From: Azolla caroliniana
Lineage: Eukaryota > Plantae > Polypodiophyta
Direction of reading: 5' to 3'
Assembly (NCBI GenBank): GCA_043228905.1
Contig: JBHGNT010000051.1
Coordinates: 114,669 to 178,668, forward strand
Length of the DNA stretch: 64,000 nt
Under the pieces are notes generated by a model. That model saw nothing but the letters and a program-made list of their open reading frames with translations. It made no database searches and was not told where the DNA came from. Positions within the stretch are counted from its first letter, which is position 1. Each line of letters starts with the position of its first letter. Below, in pieces: positions 47,641 to 60,113 of the stretch. A program made the translations under genes and the position numbers.

Positions 47641-47846
47641 GGAGGATCCTTCACACCGGTTCTAGAGACATTGGCAGTCGGCAACGCGGTTGACGTAAGA
47701 CCGAGATACTGACGGTGGCGGCGAGGGGACGAAGGCAAGGGCTACGGAAGGGCGGTCTACGGAGGATCCTTCACACCGGTTCTGGAGACTTCGGCAGTCG
47801 GCAACGCGGTCGACGTAAGACCAAGATACTGACGGTGGCGGCGAGG
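47641..47846 (+). repeat. 120-bp-period duplication in the E1 non-coding interior, with further decayed units to about 48140
   Basis: GGAGGATCCTTCACACCGGTTCT.. at 47641 and 47761. Confidence 0.8.
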
Positions 47847-48866
47847 AAGTCCGGTCCTACGGGATCCCCACACTTACCTAGAGACTCCGGCTGTTCGGCC
47901 AACGTGGCAACGTAAGACCGAGGGAGAAGGAAGGTGGCGGCGGGAAACGGGACCCGACTACGCGGAAGGCACGAGGAGAGTCCGGGAGGGACTCAAACAA
48001 AAGCCATCCGAATTTCGGCAAGCATAGAAACAGAGTCCGGTCCTACGGGACCCTCACACCGATCTGAAGACCTCGGCAGTTCGGCCAAAGTGGCAATGTG
48101 AGACCGAGGGAGAAGGACGGTGGCGGCAGGGAACGGGACCCGACAACACGAGGTTTCGGAAGGAGCCGATAGGGCAAACACGGGGAGGAGTGTCAGGCCG
48201 GAAAGGCACACCTTGGACAGAATAAGAGTCTCGCAAGTGGCCATCGCGGACCGGATCAAAGCGTGACTACGGGACAGTGTTCGGCACGGGCGGTGCCGAG
48301 CGAAGGAAGCGGAAGACGGCACAAGGGAGGTGCCGGGAACGAGGTGGCAAGTGCCTAGTGGACTGCACAGGGTCGGAGTCAGGGGATGGCAAGAGAGGCC
48401 GGAGGAGGATCCTCCACACTCGCTTCGTAGATCTCGGTAGCCCGTTGAAGTAGCGAAGACTGACACGGCGAGCCGGGATGACAAGCTAGTGGGGGCGAGG
48501 GGACGACGGCAAACGGAAGACTCAGGACCTGTTGCAGTAGCACGAAGACGGGAAAGGCCAAGCGGGCCACGACGGGCATGCCTCAAGCGGAGGACATCGG
48601 GCATACTGCGGGAAGCGGGCCGTTCATACGGCCGAACAAGGGCCAACGGAAGTACGTGTACTACGTAGATCACGGCAGAGGACCCATCGACGGGTCGAAC
48701 GAGCCTACGGGGAGGCGAGCGCGAAGGAAGACTCGAAGCCGACGGGTCGAACCGGCAGCGAGCCGGGATGCGGATCACGGAAGACCGGTTTCTCACCGGC
48801 CGAAATCTCTCACCCTTCAACCGGATTTGGCACGTACCGGTGGACGTGCAGTTAGGTGGGGGCGGA

Positions 48867-49613
48867 TGTCGCGAAGAATTTCGGCCAGAGGCGGAAACCG
48901 GGAAACATTGGCTACATCGGCGGGGGTGCAGCGTGTGTACGCACCCGTGTACATTTAGTGTGAATATCGAGGGCGCCTTTATGGTGCCGAAGAGTAGTGA
49001 AGTCGGGACAGACGATCCCATGTAAGTCAGGATTTGTCCCACATTGTAACGCATCCCTTTCCTTGTTCTATAAAAGGAAGGGAACGCCCTTTGTATAAGG
49101 GTTGCCCATTTTGCATTAGAGGGTATACCGTTAGGTTTAGAGTTAGGTTTCTTCTTCTCCTTCTTCTCCCCTTCGTGTTTTCTTAGGGTTTGCTTTGGTT
49201 CGGCCTCCTGTGCAAGACCCCGCTCGGCGCGATGAGCTTGGAGCTCCCCGACGGCGGCTTGGCAGCTGACGACTACTGTAACCTACCTTGGACCGGCTCG
49301 AAGCAGGGAATGTATTCTTTATATATATATACCTTTGCGTCTGTCTGTGTATATCCGCGTCTCTGTTGGTGTCTGATGCTTCCCCTTTCTTGCGTTTCCT
49401 GTACATAGGGGCGTGAGTCGGGTCGGACTGTGTGTGCGTGTGTGTGCGTGAGTCAGTGTTAAGCACACTCTCTCTCTCTCCCTTCGGTTGCTTCCAGGGT
49501 GTCCCCGGGATGCCCTAGAAACAGTGAAGCACGACTTCCTACGCTCCATCACTCCCTAGTCCAAGACCCCCATGGTCCCGCCTTTCTCCACGCACGCGCG
49601 TAACAACGCGACA
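48867..49613 (+). repeat. E1 3' LTR
   Basis: Direct repeat of 39633-40380. Confidence 0.94.
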
Positions 49614-50074
49614 ACGTGCGTAGACAAGCGCCGGCCTCTATCCGCAAGTGGTTATGGAGGATCGAAAGGATCGTTCAAGACAATGGAATAGCGGAAGGAC
49701 TAGCATGCGAGAAGTATTAAAGTAGATACTGATAGATTGATACGGACGGGACAAATTCCCGGTTTGAACTTTTGACTTCAAAGTCGAGATACAAGACACA
49801 TTGCCAATGACATAACCAAGATTTATTAATTGTCATTGATTGCATGCATTACTTGATTTCCTTTCCCTTCCTCTCCTTCTTATATAGATGCCCCTATGCA
49901 TATGTGCATGTGAGGGTGTAGTACATGCATGCAATGCATGAAATGCATGATTGCCATTTGGCGCTCATGCATCACATGCAATGCATGATGACCATGTACC
50001 TCATCCAAGCTCTCATGTACCAGCAGTTTGTGTGAAAAGTACAATGAAAAAAATAAGTTTTAAAGGAAATAACC

Positions 50075-50128
50075 TAGTCTAATGGTATGTCAATTGCCTC
50101 TTATCTTAGAGGTGTAAGGTTCAAACAC
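50075..50128 (+). promoter_or_regulatory. tRNA-like A-box/B-box module in the G0 LTR
   Basis: TAGTCTAATGG and GGTTCAAACAC start 43 nt apart, as in F1. Confidence 0.45.
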
Positions 50129-51121
50129 TTCTTTACACCTCATTGTATGCGTTAGGCTTATTTTATATATTTCTGTAATGAACACCTAAACACACATTAC
50201 GCATGCACATTCATGTGTTAACATACACGTCTAACCATCACTCCTTTCATACGTGTGCATATTGCATCTTCTCGATTTCCCTCGTTCCACGCGATTTTCA
50301 CACTATTGCCGAAAATCTTCACGACATCTATCCCCACCAAACCGCACGTCCTCCGGTACGTGCCAAGAAGTGAGTGTGAGATTTCGGCTACGGTGATCGA
50401 TCAATTTCCTCCATATCCTCATCAACCTCGCTCACATTTGTGGGTCCCATCGTACTATCTTCATTGTTGAGGTCATCTAGGTTAGGACCCTCATCTTGTC
50501 TTTTCTTGAATATCTTTACTCTTTTCCCCGCAATGGGTATGGCCAGCCTTGATCCCTCTAGCTCTGCGAGGTGGTAGGTGGCGTTGTCGTTGGCACTCAT
50601 CACCACATACGATTTGAACCACCTTCTTACGAACTTCCTTGTCTTCTTGTGTTGGTTGTCTAGGTTGTTGTCGTAGACCAATACCCAATCTCCTTCTTCG
50701 ATCTTCTTGGGACGCAGTCAATGTGTCTTATCAAACTGAATCTTGTTCTTCACGCAGGCTGTCTCCATTATCTTTCGCGCGTTCTCTAGGTGTTCGGGTC
50801 TTCTTTCGAGTTGCCTTATTCGTGCCACCAATCATTTTTCCTGGCTCATCTCATTCTCCCATGGTATTGCTACCCATGAGGCGATCGTCCTCTCGATGGG
50901 CATTACTGGTTTCTATCCATACATGAGCTTTGTTGGCATATAGTTTGTCACGGAACTGTGCGTAGTTCTATCGGCCCACAATGAATAGGGCAATAATCGC
51001 GGCCAATTCCCAACTCGACCATCGCATGATCGTACGATGGCTTTGACTATCGGCCCATGCCCTCACTCGATCTTCCCATTTGCTTCCGGATTATAGGCTG
51101 TTGTGAGGGAGAGGTTTACGC

Positions 51122-51795
51122 TGTCGTGAAGAAAACCGGGCATAGGCGGAATCGGAGAAAAAGGCGCATGAACCAGCTCTTACACGGAAGGGCGCATGAA
51201 TTGATATTTTGATATTTTGTACATGATTCATAAATGGATCGGCTGATGTAAATACTAAGTAGTATACATTTATTGAGGGATTGTGCGTACCTCTGTCGAA
51301 AGGGACAGGGAATAAAGCGGTTTAACTAGGGAAAGGAGTCACTCCCCTTCTTGGGGGGGGGGGGGAACTATTTACGGAGAGGGGAGAAGGAGGAAAAAGG
51401 GGGATCGCGCGTTGGCGAGGAAAAAGGGCTGTTGCAGAACCGAGTGCTGAGCTCTCTCTTCTCCTCCTCCAGTCGTCGGTCTCTGTGGGTGTCGGGAGTT
51501 CGTTGTCTCTACTTCGTTGACAGCCCGTGTGCTTCAAGTAGAGGCTCTCCCCTTTTTTTTTCCTGGAGTCGTGTGGTTGTCGTCTGTGTGCGTGAGTAGG
51601 ACCCTGTGTCAGGTCCATTACCGGGTTGCCGGTTGTAACTGTTCGAGTTGTAATCTATTGATTATAGTAATCGGATTCCTGTTTCTTGCTCTTAATTTCT
51701 CTCTGTGTATCTGCAACTCTCTCTCTCTCTCTCTCCTTGGTCCAAGACCCCCGTGGTCCCGCCTCTTCCTACATGCGAACACAAACTTTGCGACA
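51122..51795 (+). repeat. G1 5' LTR
   Basis: TGTCG..CGACA followed by TCTT + PBS. Confidence 0.9.
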
Positions 51796-51839
51796 TCTTT
51801 GGTGAACCCGACGTGAACAGGTGGCAAAGGAGTCGAAAG

Positions 51840-53424
51840 ATGAGGGGATCGGAGCTAGCAGAGGCAATGGCAGTAGCCGTCGACCAGCTAGTAAGCGCTC
51901 GTAAGGGGACGGGTACCCTCGACAGAGCCATTGAATCGATCGTCGGCACTATAGGCCGGTTTGGAGGGAAAGACGCCACAAGTTATTTGGAGGCTTACCG
52001 GGCCGAAATGATCATGAGGGATATCCGGGTGGACAGGCGGCTGTCCGGATTCCCTCGGGTGGTGACGTCGAGCATCCATGCGGAGGTGCTCGAGGTGCTG
52101 GCCGGATGCCAGACTTGGGAGGAGTTCGAGCTCCAGCTCCTCGAGAAGTACGGGTTTGACGACTCGCTTCGGCTGTCGAGGCGGGACTTCATGGCATGGG
52201 TGGAAAGCCCCGGAAAAGGGAGGAACACGTCGGCGCTCCTCCAGGAGTTCGAAAAATGGTTCGCGCAACTGTCGACGGTGGACCAAACCGTGCTCGAAAC
52301 GAGTCGAGTACTACTGTTTGTCAAATCGGTGGACGCGATCGATAGGGAAAAGGTGTGCCCCCTATTGGAAACGGACGAAGGGCTCACGGAAGACTGGGCT
52401 GCGGTAAAATGGGTTTGCAGCCGTTTCGACAAACGGCGCGATTGGAGCGACGGAAGCTCGTCGGGGTCAGGGCCGGTCCCGGGGAGGAGGCTCGAGGAGC
52501 AGGTATCGGTGCCGGCCGGTAGGAAGGAAGAGACCGGAATCTGGCTAGAGTCAGGGTCGGCATCGAATGCCATGGTCAGAAGCCCATCCGGAGGAGCGGC
52601 TCTGGAGGAGCTGACACAGATGGTGCGTGACCTGCAGATCGCACAAGCCTGGAGAGACAGCGGCGAACAACCTCGCGACCAGAGACCGCCGGCTGGGCAG
52701 CGGTGCATGTGGTGTGACGCAATCGGTCACATTCGAAAGGATTGCAACGGACCTACGGAAGGTCCTTGAAGAGCGGATCCTCGACAGTAAAGTGGAGTTG
52801 TCATTGCGGGAGGTGCTGGGAATCGCCAAGAGGGAGTTCCACGACTCCATTGTAGACTTGGTGAAGCGGAAGAGGCTCTCCACGGAGCCAGAACCAGAGA
52901 AGCCAGTGGAGGTGCGGACTACGCACTTAGAAGACGAGTTGGCGGAAAGCCACTACGCGAAGCCGCATTAGGCCAGGGCAACTACGGAAACCCCTGTGCA
53001 GATCGGCGACGTTCCGGAACCGGTGGTGGCCTTGGTAGACCATGGATCCGAAATCAACCTGATGTCCATGGATTTCTACAAGAAGGGTAAATGGCCGATC
53101 AACACCAAGCACGGGTGGAAGATACACGTGGCAACGCGTGCTACGGAGGAGCTGCATGGTGCGTGCCCGAATATACGCGTAAAGGTCGGTGACGTTGAGA
53201 TAGATCAACATTTCTTCGTGCAGGAAACATCCTCGCACCCAGTGATTCTCGGCGAACCATACATTACGGCGGCATGCATGGAGACGAAAGTGTTGGACAA
53301 CGGTTCGGCGTACGCATGCATCAAGAGCTAGGACAGTCAGCATTCCGTCCAATTCATGACCGTACTTCCAAACCATGAGAGGAATCGCGAGACCCTTGGC
53401 GGCGGCGGCCGAGGGGATTTTTAG
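51840..53424 (+). pseudogene. gag: G1 gag-protease, with an internal deletion after the zinc knuckle and stops
   Basis: CMWCDAIGHIRKDC; VALVDHGSEINLM; VILGEPY. Confidence 0.88.
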
Positions 53425-56400
53425 AGAGGGCTATCAAGGCGTGGGGTCGCGGTAGTTCGGACGTACCAGAAGAACTCCACACATGTACAGTAGGTAGAAA
53501 GTTTTGGTTCTTCGAAAACGGAGGTTGTACTATAACCAGCGTCAACGGCCAGGAGAGGAAGCGAGCGGAGGAGCGGCTCAAGGGATGCGGAGTCCTCTCC
53601 CCCGACGAAGACATCAGCGGCGTCGTGGAGGTGGTCTCTTTTGACGACACCTTGGGCGAATTGCGAAAGGTGATCGGTGAAGACCCTAGAGAAGACCGGA
53701 CTGTTCCAGTTAGTTCAATGGGAATGTACGAAGTCATCACGGACTTCGGGGAAAGGATCGGCTCGGATCGGCCCGCGTGGATACAAAGTACAAGACTGTG
53801 GACCGGAAGGTGAGGCCAGTCGCGGCACCCTTGCCAGAGGGCAGCGGGGAGCAGATAAAAGGGGTCGCGTCAGACCCAAGTTTACGGAATCTGGCTGGCA
53901 TAGGACACCGGTTCACCGACATAATGCTACGGGAGGTCAAGGTTGGTAGGGGTGACTTTCTACTGCCGGCGGAGGAGAACAGGTTTTGGAGAATGCTCGG
54001 AAGGCATGGGAAAGCCTTCGCATTCTCGCCAGAGGAGATCGGGTGCATGGACCCGACAATCGTCGAACCGATGGTGATCTTCACGATACCGCATGTACCG
54101 TGGAATCTCAAACCGATTCCGGTGCCGAGAGCTCACATCCCGAAGTTGATGGAGCTTCTGAAGCAAAAGGTGGAGATGGGCATCCTCGAACCGTCGGGTA
54201 CCCCGTATTCGAATCGGTGGTTTACGGTGCCGAAGAAGAACGGCACATTGCGCTTCATTCAGGACCTGCAACCGGTCAACAGGGTGACCATCCGTAATGC
54301 AGGAATCGGACCGATCATAGACGAGTTCGCGGAGGCCTTCGCTGGAAGGTCGATCTATTCGGTTGGTGACTTATACTCGGGATACGACCAATTCCAACTA
54401 GCCGTGGAGAGCAGGGATATCACGACGATGCGAACTACTCTCGGCCTGGTACGAATGTGTACCCTACCACAAGGTGGGACAAATTCGGTGGCGCATATGG
54501 TGAACGCAATGAACAAGGTGCTCAGGGACTGCATCCCAGACATCACCATGCCATTTTTGGACGACATCCCGATAAAGGGGTGTCCGATGGATGACGCGGA
54601 CGAGACTGTCGGGCCAGACGGATGCTGGAGGTTCGTCGTGAACCACATCAACGACTGCGAGAAGGTGTTGCAGAGACTAGAAGGCGCGAGACTCACCTTC
54701 TCCGGGGAAAAATCGGTCTTCAGGCAATCAGAGATCATGGTCGTCGGGCACCTATGCGGACCATACAGTCGGAAACCGTCTCCGGCCAAGGTGGAAGCCA
54801 TCTCCGCGATGAAGCATGACTGCAATTCGATCACGGAGGTCCGCAGATTCTTGGGAGCATGCGCGTTCTATCACATATGGATCCCGCACTACGCACATGT
54901 CGCAGAACCCCTCTACGGACTATTGAAAAAGGGGCGTAGCTTTGAGTGGAGGACGGAGCACACGGAGTCGGTACGGAGACTAAAGGAGGCGTTTACGATA
55001 GCGCCGGCTCTCCGTAAAGCGGTTTACGGCAAGGATGTTCCCATCTGCGTGACGGTGGACACCAGCCCGACCGGGATCGGGTGGGTAATCAGTCAAGAGG
55101 ACAAGGACGATGTACGATTCCCGATCCGGTTCGGGGTGAAGGTATTGAACGAGCGGCAGCGAGGATACGCCCAAGTTAAGCGCGAGCTTTGGGGTGTCGT
55201 TCCAGCGGTCAAGGCCGACAAGGATTATCTGATCGGGATGGAGGTGATCATCGAGACGGACTGCCTGCCGATACTCGGCATGGTTTCCGGATGCGCGACG
55301 CCGGACCTAGCAATGTTCCAGTGGATAGCGTACAAAGACCCTGAACCCGGAGATACGGCACATCTCCGGAAAGGATAATGCCATGGCCGACATGCTTTCG
55401 AGAGCAAGGTTCAACGACGAAGACGGCATGGTTTCGGATGACGAAGAAGTCGGCGAGGACTTCTTCGGGTCGGCTAACGTAGCAACGAGGGAAAGGGACA
55501 CTCCAGCTCTTAACGAATTTGACGAAAGCAGGTATGACGGGGAGTGGATCCAAATCGGGAGGTTCCTACGGACGATGACGCCGGACATAGCATGGACGAG
55601 AGAAGAGGCGATCCGGGTACGGAAGAAGGCGTAACGATTCTTCCTGCGGGACAAGTGCATATGGAGGCACCCAAAGAAGAGAAACGGCATCCTGCTCCGA
55701 GTAGCGACAAAGAAAGAAGAACAGGAGGAACTACTGGCGGCATTTCACGAGAGTCCCTGGGCCGGCCACCGCGGAACGTGGGCCACGTTCAAGAAGCTGA
55801 AGGAGAACTAATGGTGGCCGGGGCTGTACCAGGACGTGCATCGGTTCGTAACGACTTGCGAAAGCTGTCAGATGCACTCCGTAGTCCGACACTGGGACGA
55901 GCTACACCCGACCTACCCGCCTACGGTCCATTTCAAGTGGATGGTGGACTTGGTGACGATGTCGATGGGGGTAGGACAGATGCGATACCTGGTGCTTGCA
56001 CGGGAAGACTTAACGAGCCAGGTGGAAGATCGTGCACTGTAGAGCAAGACAACCGCGGCGGTATGCTAGTTCCTGATCGAAGAAGTAGTGTGTTGGTACG
56101 GGTGCGTCGGGAGGATCGTGGCGGACCGGGGAGAGCTGGATGCACGGGAGGCTGAGGAGTTGTTCGACCGGCTAGGCGTCAAACTCTCCCTCACTACGGC
56201 ATACAATTTGGAGGCGAACGGAAAGGTAGAACGTGGGCACGGGCTGATCGTAAAGGAGTTGGTGTGTGCATGCGGAGGGCAGGTCGGGAATTGGCCACGA
56301 CTCCTTCCTTACGCATTGTGGGCGGACCGAACTACGCACAATTTGGTGACAGGGTTTATGCCGGCAGAGCTGATGTACGGACAGAAGCCGATCATGCCGG

Positions 56401-56835
56401 TGGAACGGACGGTTTCTTCATGTGCGGCGGTAGATTGGAAGGACCAAATGAGCCGGGAGGAGTTGCTAGCAACGCGGATTCGGCAACTCGAGCGGAGGCC
56501 GGAGGACGTGGTATAGGCGAAGGAAAAGTTGCGAGCGGCAAGGGAGCAGAACAAGACCCGGTTGCAACCAAAGAAGATCGAGGAAGGCAACTGGGTCTTG
56601 GTATACGACAGCAGCCTTGACAATCAGCACAAGGCAGTGCGAAAGTTCGCTAGGAGATGGTTCGGGCCCTATACGGTGACGAGCGCGAACGACAACGGCA
56701 CGTACCACCTTGCGGAGCTCGACGGGACACGGTTAGCGGTGCCGGTGGTTGGGAAGCGGATCAAAGCGTTCAACAAGCGGTTCGAAGACGAGTCAGGGCC
56801 TGCGAGCGGGAGCGACAACGACAACGACAACGACG
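53421..56835 (+). pseudogene. pol: G1 RT-RNase H-integrase
   Basis: FTVPKKNGTLRFIQDLQPVN, DLYSGYDQ, LPQG, PFLDD, VDTSPTGIG, GHRG..CESCQ, VADRGE, NGKVERGH. Confidence 0.92.
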
Positions 56836-57090
56836 ACTATTTAAGGGGGGGGGAGGAGGAAAAAGGGGGATTGTGCGTTGGCGAGGAAAAAGGGCTGCTG
56901 CAGAACCGAGTGTCGAGCTCTCTCTTCTCCTCCTCCAGTCGTCGGTCTCTGTGGGTGTCGGGAGTTCGTTGTCTCTGCTTCATTGACAGCCCGTGTGCTT
57001 CAAGTAGAGGCTCTCCCCTTTTTGTTTCCTAGAGTCGTGTGGTTGTCGTCTGTGTGCGTGAGGAGGACCCCGTGTCAGGTCCATTACCGG

Positions 57091-57886
57091 TGTCGTGAAG
57101 AAAACCGTCCATAAGCGGAATCGGCGCACCAAGGCGTGGGAACCGGTTCTTCACGCGCGCACGCTCCAAGTTGTACATAGAAGCGAATTAGGAGGATAAT
57201 CGGCAGGAACGGGCCCTAACACAAGTGGAGACAAAGACCGCGCAAACAGTCTTTTCGGTCGCGCGCGCGAGCTAAGGAACTGTACGAGTCGGCGGCGTAA
57301 CTACGAGGATGCGTGAAGAACGGAGCGGATCCCTGTTCGAAAGGGACAGGGAATAAAGCTGACATGACGGCCTGCTCGTCGGCCTATATAAGGAGCAGGA
57401 AAGAGCTGTTGCAGGGATCTCGCGCAGAGAGGACGAAGTGCTGTCGGACCGTTTCTGGACGCTTCTCTCTCTGTTTCCTTCCTTCTTGAGCTCCATAGCT
57501 TTTCTGTGCAGGGTTCCGAGGAGGCTCGCGCTGTTTCGAGGAACGCCCGAGTGCTTCCGGCAGCACCTCCGACCTGCTACCCCTTTGTGCGTCGAAGCGA
57601 ACAAGCATCGACATCTGTTCGCCGGCCTGTTCGGTTGTAGCCAACCTGTGCCCCATCGAGGGTTGTAGTCGTGTTAGCCATTTTTTTTGTTAATATACAT
57701 ATTTAGTCATTCGCATCTGTCTGTGTCGGTGTCTGTTCGCGTTCTCCGTGCTGAAGGGCCGTGTCCCTGTGTATCCCCGGTCCTGCGTAGCCGGTTCTCT
57801 CTCTTTCTCCTCCCTCGCTTGCTCTTTGGTTAGAGACCCCCGCGGTCCCGCCTCGTTTCCACACGCACTTGCGTAATATCTCGACA
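57091..57886 (+). repeat. G2 5' LTR
   Basis: TGTCG..CGACA; TATATAA at about 57385; U5 motif; PBS follows. Confidence 0.88.
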
Positions 57887-57930
57887 TCTTTGGTGAACCC
57901 GACGTGAAGGAGGCGGCAGAAGAGCAGAAG

Positions 57931-60057
57931 ATGAGGGGGTCGGATCTTGCAGAGGCCATGGCTTCGGTCGTGGATCGGATTGTAAACGCGCGCGAGGGCA
58001 CCGGTGCCCTCGACAGAGCCATTGAGGCGGTCGTCGGCACGATCGGCCGGTTCGATGGGAAGGATGCCACGAAGTATTTGGCGTCCTACGGTGCAGAGAT
58101 GCTGATGCGGGACATTCCGGAAGAAAGGCGTCTTGCCGGATTTCCCCGAGTGGCGATGCCGAGCATCCATGCGGAGGTGCTCGAGGTGCGGGCGGAGAGC
58201 CGTACCTGGGAGGAGTTCGAAGGTCGGCTCCTTGAGAAATACGGGCTGGACGACGCGCTCCGGCTTTCGAAGCGAAGGTTCATGGAATGGGTGGAGTCCC
58301 CGGGGAAGGGAAGAAACGCGTCGGCACTCCTCCGGGAGTTCGAGGAAAACTTTGCGCGCCTTTCGGCGCTCGACCGAACCATCCTGGACACGAGCCGGGC
58401 CTTGCTGTTTGTCAAGTCGGTCGACGAGCGGGATCGGGAGCAAGTGGGCCTCTTGCTGGAAACCGAAGACGGGCTCACTTCCGACTGGGCGGCTGTCAAG
58501 AAAGTCTGTGGCCGTTTCGACAAACGGCGAGAATGGGCGGATAACGGGGCAACCGGGTCGGGCTCGGTCGCAGCAAGGAAGCTCAAACCAGCGCCACAGG
58601 TGCGAAAGGAAGAGACCCGAGAATGGTTGGAAACCGGTTCGGCTTCGACCGGCGTAGTCAGAGGCTCAACCGGAGGAGCGGCGCTGGAGGAATTGACGAG
58701 GGCGATAAAGGACCTCCAAATCGCGCAAGCCCGAAGGGAAGGTGGCGAACCGGCTCGTGACCGACGGCCGGCGGCAGGAAACAGGTGCATGTGGTGCGAT
58801 GAAGTCGGCCACATTCGGAAGGACTGCGGCGACTTCGCGGAGGCGCTGAGGAACAGGGTGGTGTACCTGTGGGAAGGACGGGTGCATGCCAGCGACACCC
58901 GAAGGGCCCTGAGCCGAAACGACGGGCGAGGTGGTATGAAAAGGGTGATGTAAGAGGCGGCGGCCCGACACGCGGAAACCGTCCACTACTCGGCATCGGC
59001 CGGCATTCGAGTCGGGGGCGGCGAGGCCCGAAGGGAAAGCAAAGCCGGATTCTGGCCGACGATGCTGGAAGGCCTTGCCGGTGCAAGGCTTAAAAGGGAG
59101 GAATCGGACCGTGCGGAGAAACGGGTACGGGAGATGACCGGGTGGAGCGACCCGGTCGAGGAAAAGACGGGCTTCGTGGAAGCCGCTTGCCAGAACTACG
59201 AGGCTCTGGTAGAAGAGAAGCGGGTGGGAAAACCCGGGACGACCGGGCCCTCACAACGATACGAGACCCGGTCCGGGCCACGACGGGACGAAGCCGGCGG
59301 GGCCGGTACGCAAGATAAACCCCAGAAGGGCGGGTACCGTCTGGGGACGGAGATAGAAAGGACCACGGACTTACGAAAGGTCCTGGAGGAACGGATCCTC
59401 GACAGCAAGGTGGAGCTGTCGTTACGAGAGGTGCTGGGAATCGCCAAGAAGGAGTTCCACGACTCCATCGTGGACTTGGTGAAACGGAAGAGGCTGTCAA
59501 GGGAGACAGAACCGGAAAGACCGGTGGAAGTGCGGACGACGCACCTAGACGACATGGCGCTGGGAGACGAGTGGGCGGAAAGCCACTGTTCGAGACCACA
59601 CTGGGCCCGAGCGACCACGGAAACCCCGGTGAAGATCGGCGATGTCCAGGAACCGGTGATAGCTTTGGTGGACCACGGATCGGAGATCAATTTGATGTCC
59701 ATGGACTTCTATAAGAAGGGCAAATGGCCGATCAACACCAAGCACGGGTGGAAAATAAGGGCAGCAACGCGCGCCACCGAGGAACTGCACGGGGCCTGTC
59801 CGAATGTGCGAGTCAAGATCGGCGACGTCGAGATTGACCAGCACTTCTTCGTGCAGGAGACGTCTTCGCATCCGGTCATACTGGGAGAGCCGTACATCAC
59901 GGCGGCACGAATGGAGACCAAGGTGCTGGACAATGGTTCGGCCTACGCGAGGGTCAAAAGCCAAGACGGGCGCCATTCGGTCCAGTTTCTGACGGTACGG
60001 CCGAACCACGAACGTAACCGCGACTCCCTCGGTTCCGAAAACCGAGAGGATTTTTAG
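57931..60057 (+). pseudogene. gag: G2 ORF1 gag-protease, with one in-frame TAA at 58951-58953
   Basis: CMWCDEVGHIRKDC; IALVDHGSEINLM; ORFs 57904-58953 and 59062-60057 are in the same frame. Confidence 0.9.
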
Positions 60058-60113
60058 AGAGGACTGCCAAGGCGTGGGGCCGCGACAGTCCGGATGCTCC
60101 GGGAAAACCCCAC
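60048..60113 (+). other. Predicted -1 programmed ribosomal frameshift signal (G GAT TTT + stem/pseudoknot)
   Basis: The heptamer precedes the ORF1 TAG; the -1 frame is open into RT; conserved in G1 at 53415-53480. Confidence 0.75.

Larger units (their letters stand above)
39633..49613 (+). mobile_element. E1: gag-only tRNA-Trp-primed LTR element; hosts D2
   Basis: LTRs 39633-40380 and 48867-49613 with roughly 25 differences. 4-bp TSD ACGT at 39629-39632 and 49614-49617. PBS at 40385-40402. Confidence 0.94.
39374..51121 (-). mobile_element. G0: old Gypsy element of the Trp-PBS group; only the 3' LTR (39374-39632 + 49618-50326) and integrase end are visible
   Basis: TGTCGTG..CACGACA termini; shared U5 motif and pre-PPT hairpin. 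Integrase remnant (YNPEANGKIE, LWADRTTH, FVRRWF, YHLAELEG) at 50388-51121(-) is cut by G1. Confidence 0.85.
51122..57090 (+). mobile_element. G1: degenerate autonomous-type Gypsy element (Trp PBS); 3' LTR interrupted by G2
   Basis: 5' LTR 51122-51795; PBS 51800-51817; order gag-PR-RT-RH-IN; 3' LTR remnant at about 56836-57090 matches 51368-51624. Confidence 0.92.

Noticed and set aside
47993-49054. 353-aa antisense ORF in E1 (env-like or extra gene?)
   Set aside because: Starts inside the LTR, GC-rich and Ser/Arg/Pro-biased, with no transmembrane or domain motif and no counterpart in F1
56812-56836. (GACAAC)n microsatellite as a separate feature
   Set aside because: Encodes the low-complexity DNDND tail of the G1 integrase next to a deletion junction
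58951-58953. Programmed readthrough stop between gag and protease in G2
   Set aside because: Context ATG TAA GAG fits a GAA-to-TAA point mutation; the region is deleted in G1, so conservation cannot be shown
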